A stretch of 64,000 bases of DNA from Nematostella vectensis (lineage: Eukaryota): NCBI RefSeq assembly GCF_932526225.1, contig NC_064047.1, forward strand, positions 1,753,027-1,817,026, given 5' to 3'. Numbering within the stretch: position 1 is the first letter of the stretch; every line of letters starts with the position of its first letter. The notes under the pieces were generated by a model that did no database searches, had not been told where the DNA came from, and saw only the letters and a program-made list of their open reading frames with translations. Position numbers and translations under genes: made by a program. Below, in pieces: positions 39,598 through 51,197 of this stretch.

Positions 39598-39959
39598 GTA
39601 CGTCATCGTCTTTTTGTCAGGATTTGCTTCGCCAAGTCCTCGTGTCCGTTTACTTACTTTCTGTTTGTTGCTTATTTTGTGTTATAATTATCAGGGCTGT
39701 AACGGACATCGAAAAACTGTGGGGGGGGGGGGGGGGGGGAGGGGGCACAATACATGAAATGAAGAAAGCTGGAGGGGCACAAGAAAAAAAAAGGGGATAC
39801 TGTCCCCCCTCTGGCCCCTGGCCCCCGGTCGCTAGGGCAATGATTTTATTAGTGTGAAGGAATTCTCCAAATGAATAACTAAAAATAAAAATCAGGATGT
39901 TAAGGTATAGCCGGATACATTACCGGTGAGGGGGAAGGGATGGAGGGTGGGCGGGGAAC

Positions 39960-41707
39960 GTAAATGAACACTTTTCCTTTATTTCTGTTAGGGGTCGAAC
40001 ACTATGAATGAACACTTTTCCTTTATTTCTGTTAGGGATCGAACACTATGAATGAACACTTTTCCTTTATTTCTGTTAGGGATCGAACACTATGAATGAA
40101 CACTTTTCCTTTATTTCTATTAGGGATCGAACACTATGAATGAACACTTTTCCTTTATTTCTGTTAGGGATCGAACACTATGAATGAACACTTTTCCTTT
40201 ATTTCTGTTAGGAATCGAACACTATGAATGAACACTTTTCCTTTATTTCTGTTAGGAATCGCACACTATGAATGAACACTTTTCCTTTATTTCTGTTAGG
40301 GATCGAACATTATGAATGAACACTTTTCCTTTATTTCTGTTAGGGATCGCACACTATGAATGAACACTTTTCCTTTATTTCTATTAGGGATCGAACACTA
40401 TGAATGAACGCTTTTCCTTTATTTCTGTTAGGGATCGAACACTATGAATGAACACTTTTCCTTTATTTCTGTTAGGAATCGCACACTATGAATGAACACT
40501 TTTCCTTTATTTCTGTTAGGAATCGCACACTATGAATGAACACTTTTCCTTTATTTCTGTTAGGGATCGAACATTATGAATGAACACTTTTCCTTTATTT
40601 CTGTTAGGGATCGAACACTATGAATGAACACTTTTCCTTTATTTCTGTTAGGGATCGAACACTATGAATGAACACTTCTCCTTTATTTCTATTAGGGATC
40701 GAACACTATGAATGAACACTTTTCCTTTATTTCTGTTAGAGATCGCACACTATGAATGAACACTTTTCCTTTATTTCTATTAGGGATCGAACACTATGAA
40801 TGAACACTTTTCCTTTATTTCTGTTAGGAATCGCACACTATGAATGAACACTTTTCCTTTATTTCTGTTAGGAATCGCACACTATGAATGAACACTTTTC
40901 CTTTATTTCTGTTAGGGATCGAACATTATGAATGAACACTTTTCCTTTATTTCTGTTAGGGATCGAACACTATGAATGAACACTTTTTCTTTATTTCTGT
41001 TAGGGATCGAACACTATGAATGAACACTTCTCCTTTATTTCTATTAGGGATCGAACACTATGAATGAACACTTTTCCTTTATTTCTGTTAGGGATCGAAC
41101 CCTATGAATGAACACTTTTCCTTTATTTCTGTTAGGGATCGAACACTATGAATGAACACTTTTCCTTTATTTCTGTTAGGGATCGAACACTATAAATGAA
41201 CACTTTTCCTTTATTTCTGTTAGGGATCGCACACTATGAATGAGCACTTTTCCTTTATTTCTGTTAGGGATCGAACACTATGAATGAACACTTTTCCTTT
41301 ATTTCTATTAGGGATCGAACACTATGAATGAACACTTTTCCTTTATTTCTGTTAGGAATCGCACACTATGAATGAACACTTTTCCTTTATTTCTATTAGG
41401 GATCGAACACTATGAATGAACACTTTTCCTTTATTTCTGTTAGGAATCGCACACTATGAATGAACACTTTTCCTTTATTTCTGTTAGGGATCGAACACTA
41501 TGAATGAACACTTTTCCTTTATTTCTGTTAGGGATCGCACACTATGAATGAACACTTTTCCTTTATTTCTGTTAGGGATCGAACACTATGAATGAACACT
41601 TTTCCTTTATTTCTGTTAGGGATCGAACACTATGAATGAACACTTTTCCTTTATTTCTGTTAGGGATCGAACACTATGAATGAACACTTTTCCTTTATTT
41701 CTGTTAG
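39960..41707. repeat. Minisatellite of about 44 bp x about 40 copies, derived from the exon 35 acceptor (polypyrimidine tract, AG, and the first exon bases)
   Basis: Unit tgaatgaacacttttcctttatttctgttag|ggatcgaacacta. The true junction reads ..tttctgttag|gtatcgaacacgatg. Confidence 0.9.
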
Positions 41708-41798
41708 GTATCGAACACGATGTCTCCTCGCGATCCAACTTTGACGATCTGCTTGAGCATTTGCGACAGGACAGTTCGTATAGCGACGAAGTGGGGAG
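41708..41798 (+). CDS. PARP4: PARP4-like exon 35. Its acceptor and first about 12 bp seed the upstream 44-bp minisatellite.
   Basis: Bounded by ctgttag| and ag|gtaggg. Only one frame is open (IEHDVSSRSNFDDLLEHLRQDSSYSDEVG), and it is the phase-compatible one. Confidence 0.5.
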
Positions 41799-42618
41799 GT
41801 AGGGAATGGCTGGGTAATCGCCGTGCATTGATGGACATTTTTTTAAACATCCATTGTAGGTAACACTTAATGACTTTATTTTCGTTATTAATGAGACTGT
41901 TGTTGTTTCGTGTCGGTCACATTACTTTAGTATGCCCTCATTATGCAGTTTTTGGCGTCATGTTTTTCACTTGACGCCTTCCAGATCACTGAACTAGTTG
42001 TGTCCTTAGATCGATGATATATTTTCGCCAATTATATTGTATATTAACCGTCTATACTGTTATTGCTCAATAAACTAAACCAGCTGGATGGCTATCATCC
42101 TACATGTTGTCTATCTTATTTCATAATATAGACAATAAATATTTTCTATTCGGCTGAACGCAGTGAAAGAGAATAGAATTGAGCTTAAAGGGGCAGTGTA
42201 CTAGTAGAGCTTTGCAAACGTTCTTCGGCCCGGACACACTGGATTCCAGTCGAATTGTAATATTGACTTATGGTGCATGTGGGAAACTCAAATTCAGAAA
42301 AAAAGACCACAAACTGTCAATAAACACAGTTTTCAATAAAATTTTACATATTATTTTAAGAAGGCATTGGCAACTTAAAGTTCAGCTGTTTGTAGACAAT
42401 TAAAAGCCTGCAAGAAACGCTGACTCAAGACTTGCGTAATACCATGACGCTGCCCCTTTAACTGAACGCGTAGAATCTAAAATAAGGGGAGAAGTGGTAT
42501 TTGTTGATTATAAAACAATTAAAAATTAGGAAGCGAAGTGCGGAAAAAGCGAAGCTTTTCAATCATCCGCATTTTAAATAAAAACTTCCTAAATGCATTT
42601 GTATTTTTTATTTCACAG

Positions 42619-42998
42619 GCTGGTTGCTGAATTTAACCCAATGAAGGATATAAACAAATCCAAACGAAAAGTCATAGCTTCTCTTTTTCCAAATGTCGAT
42701 TATCCATGGAGCCAAACTGTAGTTAATAAACTGTTTGAAGCGTGCCGTTCTGAATCCAGCACGGAGACTGGTTCAACAGCTAGTTCGACGTCCAGTTCCG
42801 AAAGCAGTTCGGAAGAAGAACTGTCAGATAACTCGGAAGATTCCGACTGGGGTAGCGACGAGTTTTACGAAGACAATATAGACGATGAAGTTTACCAAGA
42901 TGCCGTCGGCGAGGAAGAAGAAGAGGAGGGCGAAGATGATGTGTATGGCATGTGCCTTGAAGAAGCCGAGGAAGTAGAAAGATCAGAGGCACCAACGC
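42619..42998 (+). CDS. PARP4: PARP4-like exon 36 (Ser/acidic-rich)
   Basis: Bounded by cacag| and |gtaagt. Open frame of 126 codons ending in an acidic tract (SSSESSSEEELSDNSEDSDW..EEEEEEGEDD), comparable to the acidic region of the PARP4 tail. Confidence 0.6.
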
Positions 42999-43289
42999 GT
43001 AAGTCATGAGTGAAACTTTTATGATTTATTTACTTGGTACATCTGTTTTATAAATAAATGCAGACTCGCGCATGGTCACATACAGGAGATATAATACTTT
43101 GGCACCCGAAGCGTCGCTTGGTTTACTAGACACTTGCACCTAACACTTCGGTACCAAAGCGGTGACTAGAATCGCTTGGTTTACTAGACACTAGCCCCAA
43201 CACCCCGGCACTCATTCAGCTCTACAGCTTTACAGTTACAGTTGTCGATGCTTGCTTTTATCTCGTAACTGTTTTTATATTATTTTTTA

Positions 43290-43393
43290 GCACTTGTTAT
43301 CGATGTTGGCTCCCACATGTGGAAGGTTGGGTTCGCAGGTGACGACGCGCCTAAGGGTGTGTTCCCGCCAATTGTCGGCCGACCTCGCCACCA
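43290..43393 (+). CDS. Actin-derived cassette exon A, spliced in-frame into the PARP4-like gene
   Basis: [34 protein letters not shown] matches actin residues about 8-41 ([35 protein letters not shown]). It ends at the conserved actin 41/42 intron position. Bounded by ttttag| and cag|gtaaac. Phase 1 in, phase 0 out. Confidence 0.6.
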
Positions 43394-43401
43394 GGTAAAC
43401 T

Positions 43402-43405
<4 letters not shown>

Positions 43406-43484
<79 letters not shown>
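43406..43484. repeat. (TA)n microsatellite, about 40 units, in the intron after actin-like exon A
   Basis: Direct inspection. Confidence 0.98.
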
Positions 43485-43487
<3 letters not shown>

Positions 43488-43734
43488 TATTTCTACACCA
43501 TTGCAGCTATCATGGCTGAATTACAAGTGAGAGGTCGTCACACAGAAACTAACAATAGCGCACAGTCACAAAATCTCTAAACCTACAAGTTTTAGCTTGC
43601 GGTCCTATTATTTTCTCATTTCCTGATCTCAAATTATATCCATGTTGGACAGTTGTCATGTTATTAACCACAGATTTTAAGGGTTCAACAGTTTTAGCTC
43701 TTGCCATAAATTTATCACGAATCTTATCACGTGG

Positions 43735-43850
43735 ACCATCATGTACCAAGCACGTGACCTATCACGTGAACCATCGTGTGCCAAGCACGTGACCTATCAC
43801 GTGGACCATCATGTGCCAAGCACGTGACCTATCACGACTTGCCTCGTTAA
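43735..43850. repeat. 36-bp tandem repeat x 3 carrying six CACGTG palindromic E-box motifs
   Basis: cacgtgacctatcacgtggaccatcatgtgccaag repeated. CACGTG occurs at about 43742, 43764, 43778, 43800, 43814 and 43836. Confidence 0.85.
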
Positions 43851-44178
43851 AAACTCTCTATAACCCTGTTTACATTTTTATAAGGAAATTACATACCATG
43901 TTCGGAAGTCCATTTTAACCTTTCCCCCTGACTTTGACTATCGACCTAGAACTGTGTTAAACGATAGTTTTAGCGTAAAATATAAAAGATTATACCCATG
44001 GAGCCAAACTAGTTGATAACCTGTTTGAAGCGTGCAGTTTTGTCTAGTTCCGAAAGCAGCCCCTAAGAAGAAGATTAGGAGGACTATTCTGACTGGGATA
44101 GCGAAAAAAAAAGAAAGAATAGGAAACTGTTTTTAGATCTAGAACTGTATTCATGCGTGTGCTGTCCTTTGCCTGCAG

Positions 44179-44371
44179 GGCGTGATGGTAGGAATGGGGC
44201 AAAAGGACTCTTATGTGGGTTGGGAGGCACATTCCAAGCGTGGTATTCTTTCTCTCTCTACCCCCCAAAAACGTGAAGCTCGCCCCACTCCTCCCTTGCA
44301 AGATCGCCCCCCTCCTCCCTTGCAAGATCGGCCGCCGCCTGCGATGGAAGGAAGGGCTTTGACGAAGGACC
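44179..44371 (+). CDS. Actin-derived cassette exon B: actin residues about 42-65, then a divergent Pro-rich stretch
   Basis: [26 protein letters not shown] matches actin [26 protein letters not shown], followed by [32 protein letters not shown]... Bounded by ctgcag| and c|gtaagt. Exons A plus B total 297 bp, a multiple of three. Confidence 0.55.
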
Positions 44372-44924
44372 GTAAGTGCAAAAGTGATCCATGATCTGTC
44401 TGCTTTTTTTTTTTGGCTTATTCTTGGGGAAGCTTATTTGCAGGCGTTCCTCAGTGATCGCTTATAGATGCTGGGCCCTATAGCATACTCTTTGTCTCAT
44501 GTATAATGGACATCTAGCACTAAGAAATCGCGTGACTCTTTAGCTGGCAAATTCACGCCAAAATAAGCGCAGAAATGTCTGCGCTCGTCACGCCAGATAG
44601 CGCACAGAAATAAAATCTTCCAATGAAAATGAGCTCTTTCTGACTGATTTGTAAGCGCTGAAATGAGTATACTCAAACAGCTGTGTTCTTTAATAAGTTA
44701 AGTAGGCCACTTGCGCTAAGAAATCGGGTGACTTTTTTGTAGAAAACTCGCGCATTTATTGTTTTTTAGCCGGAAAATGACAAAACAAAAAGCGGCTTAT
44801 TCTACTTATAATTGCTCCAAGCAGAGTATAAGCCACTTTTTCAAGTTCTAGGTTTGCACTTCGCCTGTCATATGGATGACAATAGTTCACGCATCCCCAT
44901 GGTGGATGCGTAGTGATACAAACC

Positions 44925-45875
44925 CCAAATTGTAATTCATAGATCCGACGCGCGCACGAATATCCAATCAGTAAGCAGCAAATAGAAGCCAGCGAAGTGC
45001 AACCAAAATGTCCCACAAAAGTCCCACAAATTGTACAACATGTCGGATGAGGTCAGTGAGTCCTGCCCGGAGTTATTTTAAATACAGACGTTTATAGGGG
45101 TTTTCCTGCGACTTGGAAAATTAAACACAGTAACCTAAGATGATGGAAACTTGTCTTGTTGTCCAAGCTTGGTGAAAATCTTGTGAGAATGAAGCATAGA
45201 AATATATAACTACGAGTTTGGTTGTTGAATGGAAACGGCACGAATCCAGCTTAAAATACGAAAAATTGGAAATTATAAGATAAAGCGGTGCTCTCTACGG
45301 TAGGTACTAAGTGTTTATGTGTTTTCAAAGCTATTTTTGTCGACTTGCAGTGAATTATGTGCTGGGAAAATCATAAGAGAAAGCCGAATTCGCTGTTTAC
45401 GACCGACTTCTAACTACAAGTTTTATTGGCAAACGTCAAGATTTACAGTAAAAATACAAACGACAGTCTCATTCTTATATGTAATTGAAATGAACTAGGT
45501 ATAATATCAAACACAAGTTTAATGGTAGGACTAACACTGCTCTTGTAAGTGGTTTGTTTGCTTTTTGTTTTTCGTTTCTTCGTAGAAAGTAAATTTTACG
45601 TGTTTTTCTACAATTGAGTCCCAACTCTACACTAAAAGCGGCCGAGCAAAAAAAACAGGGCTAGCACTCTCTACGCTGACCGGAAAATGCTTATTTGCTT
45701 GTCCAGATTCGCAGAAAAATATCTCAAACCAATCTTTTTCGGGGTCGATTGCCGACTTTTTGTGGGACATTTGTGGGACCACATGGCTGTTATTGCACCA
45801 TCTCTTTCCTGATTGGCTATTCGTGCGCGCGTGATTGACATGTCGGATCTATGAATTTTAATAAACGCAGCTGCT
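44925..45875. mobile_element. Foldback-type element with about 120-bp terminal inverted repeats (..catagatccgacgcgcgcacgaatatccaatcag.. and ..ctgattggctattcgtgcgcgcgtgattgacatgtcggatctatg..)
   Basis: Long inverted termini. The internal region of about 700 bp has no convincing ORF. Confidence 0.65.
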
Positions 45876-46369
45876 CAATAAAGCTTAAAAACAAACGATA
45901 AGCCCAGGTGTAGGTTCCGTGCGCGCGCTAGCTCTCGCCACTACGTCTTTGTCTTGGTCGTCATTAAAAAAAAAACTAGCGAAAAAAAACAAATAGGGTA
46001 TTGAATTTTGCGATATTAAAGTTCGTAGGAATAGGATTTCGCGGGGCCTAAATGTCGAGAAATTGAAGAAACCAATAAGGTATTTTAATTAAATTGTTCG
46101 CAATAGCTTCTCGGTTGTACGTAATCCTCATCAGTGTGGCTCATTCCTTTGGCTTAAAATTAGCCACAGTAGCTAAGGCCCTCAAGATCATATCACACAC
46201 AGAGTTGGTGGCATAGAAAAGCGGTCATTAACTAAAACTTATGATTTATTGGACTGAGTGACATTTTAAAGGGTGTTTGAAACACTGGATGTTACTGTAA
46301 AACCATCGCAACAAGGTCTTGACGGCGTGTAGTCACTAAATTGCTATGTTTCTTGTCGACCCCTTTCAG

Positions 46370-46885
46370 GAGTTATCTGGCCTATCGAAGAGGCACCATT
46401 AGACCACACAGCATCAATTGACCTGGAGGAGCAGGAAGACTTGTACGTAGATATGGACAAAGGGGAAGTCTTGGATGACGACGGATTGTTTGAGGCGATG
46501 TGCAATAATGCCCAAAAGGCGGCATCTTTGGCCATGGGCAAGCGTCGCCAAGATGTGGACCAGCTGACGTTGGACAGTTACGATGATATACATGAAGTCC
46601 TGCCTAGTAACACCCAAGTCGCAGCAACTTTGGACACCGACGACATGTATGTAGATATGAAAAACCGTGCTACAAGTTCTGCTTTGAAGGAGAGGGCCGT
46701 TAGCTATGATATCCAAGATAGCTTGTGTGAGGTTGCTGAAGATGCTGTTAAGGAGGAAGAAGCCGAACGTCCAATCGCAATCTTTGGCTTAGACTCGTGT
46801 ATCGCACGCGTGTCATCATCTGAGGAAAAGAGTTCGTTGTATGACGAGATTCCATCCCCACCAAATAGGCCATTCAAAAAAAAAG
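46370..46885 (+). CDS. PARP4: PARP4-like exon 39 (acidic). The donor is uncertain: gtaggt at 46886, with an alternative near 46903.
   Basis: Bounded by ctttcag|. Phase-compatible with both exon 36 and cassette exon B. Open frame of 171 codons, acidic. Confidence 0.5.
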
Positions 46886-47281
46886 GTAGGTCTAATGAAA
46901 AGGTCTGATAACAAAATTCAACAAAGTTTTATTTTTGTGATGTTTCTCTGTGTAACCTTTAAATACAACTTTTGCACCAGAATACACCATTTTTCTAATG
47001 GATTTGTTTAACCTTTACATAATTTTTACACCAGGATACATTTAATTTTTTTGGATGGATCCATTTAACCCTTTGAGTAATATGTACAACAAAACCTACC
47101 AAAGATTCCTTTACTAATGGATCTATCTTATAAACATTTACGCAATATCTAAGAACATTTAGTAAGGAAAAACATTTATAACATTATAGCTGGTCTACGC
47201 AAAACCGAGCAAAGTTTTGTTTACAGCTCTATGCCATTAATTGTACCTTTGGAATTCTTATTGTTGGACTTGTTATTTATA

Positions 47282-47545
47282 AACAAAAGGCGCGTCTAGT
47301 AAGCGGGGACCCGATCTGACATTTGATGACACCAACTCAGCATCCATATCCATATGTCCTTGGGGACCAAGGGCGAGCCGTAGACCGGAAGCGGGAGTAC
47401 GCGCGACGACGAAAGAAAGAGGGGTAAAAGACGTCTGTATAATGTATGGAACGGCACTATATAGTTATTTGGGAACTCGATTCATCTGAGTAGGTGTCAT
47501 CAAATATCAGGTAACGTCTTCGCTTACTAGACGCGCCTTTTCGCT
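47282..47545. mobile_element. MITE with a 20-bp perfect TIR aaaggcgcgtctagtaagcg .. cgcttactagacgcgccttt
   Basis: Direct inspection. Confidence 0.8.
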
Positions 47546-47870
47546 CTTACAGTTCATTACTGAAGAAATAATTTGAAGTAAAATTCTATAATAGGTTGAC
47601 TGTTGTTCACTCAATCACTTAAATCCAACCACAAGATCTACAATAAACAAGAACACCAACTACATTGTCTACGTAATCAACACCGGGTTTTTTTCGATTT
47701 TTTTTTTAACTTGACATGAAAAGGTTTTAATTGCTATTTATAATTTGAATTCGTATGTACCAGGTGAAAGTTTTTAAACGACCACTAAGCCCTTGACCTA
47801 AAGCCAATTCCAGATCCTTTTTTGTTCCTGTTTCCGAAGTTCTCATGTGACACTTCAACACTTCCCCCAG

Positions 47871-49312
47871 CCCCTCTTACGGATATACTCAGTGCTAATA
47901 CCGGACTCCTCCCATTCGCAGTCGCCAACATACCGTCACCCAAACCGCGGCCACCTAGGGCCTCTAAGATAGCCGCACCACCGGCTCCATCCCTACAAGC
48001 TGTCTGTATCGACCTCCCGGAACCTCCCCTGAAGGCTGGGGACTCACCGTTGAAAAGATCTGTAAAAGCACCACTACCACCTCCTCCACCTCAACAAGCT
48101 TCCCGGATCGACTACCGGGCTTCATATGGAGCCGCACCACCGGCTCCATCCCTACAAGCTGTCTGTATCGACCTCCCGGAACCTCCCCTGAAGGCTGGGG
48201 ACTCACCGTTGAAAAGATCTGTAAAAAAACCACTACCACCTCCTCCACCTCAACAAGCTGCCCGGATCGACTACCGGGCTTCATATGGCGCTCCACCTCT
48301 TCCTCCGAAGAGAGGTGGAGGCCCACCTCTTCCTCCGAAGAGAGTCGCCAACATACCGTCACCCAAACCGCGGCCACCTAGGGCCTCTAAGATAGCCGCA
48401 CCACTGGCTCCATCCCTACAAGCTGTCTGTATCGACCTCCCGGAACCTCCCCTGAAGGCTGGGGACTCACCGTTGAAAAGATCTGTAAAAGCACCACTAC
48501 CACCTCCTCCACCTCAACAAGCTTCCCGGATCGACTACCGGGCTTCATATGGAGCCGCACCACCGGCTCCATCCCTACAAGCTGTCTGTATCGACCTCCC
48601 GGAACCTCCCCTGAAGGCTGGGGACTCACCGTTGAAAAGATCTGTAAAAAAACCACTACCACCTCCTCCACCTCAACAAGCTGCCCGGATCAACTACCGG
48701 GCTTCATATGGCGCTCCACCTCTTCCTCCGAAGAGAGGTGGAGGCCCACCTCTTCCTCCGAAGAGAGGTGGAGGCCCACCTCTCTTCGGTGCCATGGCTT
48801 TGAGGACAGGTGCCCCCTCAAAGGCATCGAAACCAAGTTTTGGTGGAAGAGGTCAACCACAGGTGTTCGCAACATCTGCTAGTGAAATCCTTCACCCGAG
48901 GCTAGCCCGAACTCCATCTGAACTCGCGCCCAAAGGAGTCCCATCACAGACTAATGATGAAGCTCCAGTTTTTATGTCCCGACTACAACTGTTGGAAAGT
49001 ATTCGCGCGAAGAAAAAGACCAAGGAGACCGACAGAGAAGATATTATGAAACAGGATGACTCAGGTGAGGCCGATATTTTACGCAGAGAAGCCCACCAAC
49101 ATAGCATGGAAACAGAGCTAGAAGCTGATAGGAATGAGGCTGAAATGGGTGTTCGTCCGGTACCACGAAAGCGTGGTAAGAGGATGCTGGAAAAGAAGGC
49201 GGCGGAGCAGAAAAAGGAGGCGATGGAAGAGCCCTCGGAATCGTTGCAGAACAGAATGCGGAAATGGATGACCGCTGACAAGTTGTTGGAGCTGTTTGCG
49301 TCTCAGCATAAC
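47871..49312 (+). CDS. PARP4: PARP4-like exon 40: Pro-rich, with an internal 423-bp in-frame tandem duplication and a WH2-like stretch
   Basis: Acceptor cccccag| (alternative at 47921, same phase). Open frame of 480 codons. The 141-aa unit VANIPSPKPRPP..PPLPPKRGGGPPLPPKR occurs twice (47921-48343 and 48344-48766). Donor aac|gtaagt. The PARP4 tail is likewise Pro-rich. Confidence 0.65.
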
Positions 49313-49820
49313 GTAAGTAAGAGAAATGAAGGAGACGGCGGGGGTTTTAAAGCACGCATAGATCAGTGTTGTTTTATAGGGACCTTAAGCAAGAACGACG
49401 ACGGTGGCAAGGACAACGAGATCTAAAAAGATGTGTTAGCGCTTGGTGATCAATTCCAATTTAATTGCAATGCAATAAGCAAAACATGCGATAAAAAGAT
49501 AATAAAAATAAACTAAGACATTATTTTTACTGTAGCGAACGTAGTCAGAGGAGTTGACAGTGCAAATGTGCGCGTCCCCAATTTACCGTGAAAGTTGGAG
49601 TTTTCACGACATGGTTTGGTCTAAAACTAATGTAAAACTAATGCATCAGACAGAACGCATTTTCACAAGCTGCTATTTAATTCTGTATCCAATTCCATTG
49701 TTTTCTGCCTTCGTCAATTATTACTAGAAATGAAAAATAGATTATGCAGTATCAACTTGCCAGTGGCTTTAACCCACCAAAAAAAATATTCGACTTAGTG
49801 ACTTTGTGATCTGCTTGCAG

Positions 49821-49917
49821 GATGGCTATTGGAGTGAGAAAGAACTGGAGGTCGCCTTTAGGATAGACTGCTCGTTCTTGTCAAGGCTTCTTGTGAATGC
49901 TGGTGCACAAAGTCTAG
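49821..49917 (+). CDS. PARP4: PARP4-like exon 41 (C-terminal MVP-binding-like)
   Basis: ..LLELFASQHN|DGYWSEKELEVAF..AGAQSLG resembles PARP4 ..WTELLSLQTEDGFWKLTPELGLIL..KGIQSLGV. Confidence 0.8.
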
Positions 49918-50045
49918 GTGAGAGGGGCACGCATGATAAAAACACGGAAAAACATGAAAAAAACATCAACGATGAATATGATGATGATGATGGTCGTGCT
50001 GCTGCTGTTGATGATGATGATTGCGATTGCGATGATGATGATGGT

Positions 50046-50240
50046 GGTGGTGACGTGATGGTGATGGTGGTGGTGATGATGATGGTGATGGTGATGGTGA
50101 TGGTGATGGTGATGGTGATGGTGATGGTGATGGTGATGGTGATGGTGATGGTGATGGTGATGGTGATGGTGATGGTGATGGTGATGGTGATGGTGATGGT
50201 GATGGTGATGGTGATGGTGATGGTGATGGTGATGGTGGTG
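50046..50240. repeat. (GTGATG)n hexamer microsatellite, flanked by (GATGAT)/(GACGAC) tracts, in the intron after exon 41
   Basis: Direct inspection. Because the period is a multiple of three, it produces artefactual poly-VM / poly-IT ORFs on both strands. Confidence 0.95.
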
Positions 50241-50576
50241 GTGGCGGCGGCGGCGAGGACGACGACGACGACGACGAAAGCGAAGATGACGACGATGATG
50301 ACGATGATGATGATGATAATCATAATTTTACGGTGATGGCAGTGACTAGGGCTCTAATATATAAGAATATATTAGAGCCCTAGGTATCACCTCACCCTCC
50401 AGAATACACAGTAAAATGTAGATATATTCTAAGACTATCTATGACAATGCCAATTACATATAGTGTAAGTGTGTCAGCTTTGCTTGGGTCGAAAATGTCG
50501 ACGGCCGGCGATGCTTTGTATCATTAGGATTAAGTTAAACCCCTACAAACCCTTCAACCAAACTTTCGCCTTACAG

Positions 50577-50842
50577 GTGACGAAGCGTTCGAAACAATCC
50601 TTAAGATGCTGACAACCATTATCACACTGGCCATCCTCAAGACTTACCTACCTGATCAGTTCCCAGTTTCTCTTGTCCAAGGCGTATCGAGTGAGGGCCT
50701 TGTGACTAGTGAATGGAGAAACCAAGTCGGGAGGGCGCTATCATGGCTAAGAAAGATGGACCGAAAGATGCCGTCCGTTTGCTCCCGTCTAGAGCTTGGG
50801 CCTGACTGGGACGTTGTGGCAAAGGGTATAATTGATGACAAG
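50577..50842 (+). CDS. PARP4: PARP4-like exon 42 (C-terminal)
   Basis: ..KMPSVCSRLELGPDWDVVAKGII resembles PARP4 ..QYPSICPRLELGNDWDSATKQLLG. Donor aag|gtacat. Read-through would add KVHLMIGVR* (stop at 50867), so either a short read-through tail or a further 3' exon is possible. Confidence 0.8.
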
Positions 50843-50945
50843 GTACATTTGATGATAGGGGTGCGCTGAGGAGCCTGGAACATTGAGCGCCCCGCAGGCT
50901 CAAATTCCATAAACAACAACCAAACATTTAACCAAGCGTTTATTA

Positions 50946-51197
50946 AAGCCGCATTGTCACCAGTTTACTTCCGGTCGATTACGTAACAATTTCCGATGAT
51001 TTTTAACGGAAAACGCGAAAAATATTTCAAAATATTTAAACCAGTGTGTCTATTGGAAGTTTCTTTGAGAATGTGATTTATAATTTTAGAGCGGATGGCC
51101 TGTTAAATATCTCGGATTCTAATAGATCCTTTTGTCCTTTAACCGTTGAGGTTTTCGTCGGACCTCCGGAAGTAAATTGGTGACAATGCGGCTTTAG
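50946..51197. mobile_element. MITE family A copy 3
   Basis: Bounded by TA|aagccgcattgtcacc..ggtgacaatgcggctt|TA. Confidence 0.85.

Noticed and set aside
47964-49309. Minus-strand ORFs (137, 94, 61, 129 and 63 aa) antisense to the Pro-rich exon
   Set aside because: GC-rich repetitive sense coding sequence gives stop-poor antisense frames. The + strand frame is the one with splice-phase continuity and PARP4 context.
49806-50336. 176-aa (+) and 165-aa (-) ORFs rich in VM / IT repeats
   Set aside because: Translation of the (GTGATG)n hexamer microsatellite. The real exon 41 occupies only 49821-49917 at the 5' end.
50843-50869. Read-through of exon 42 to the stop at 50867 (KVHLMIGVR*) as the true C-terminus
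   Set aside because: It cannot be distinguished from splicing to a further 3' exon without transcript data. The consensus donor aag|gtacat argues for splicing, so the terminus is left unresolved.
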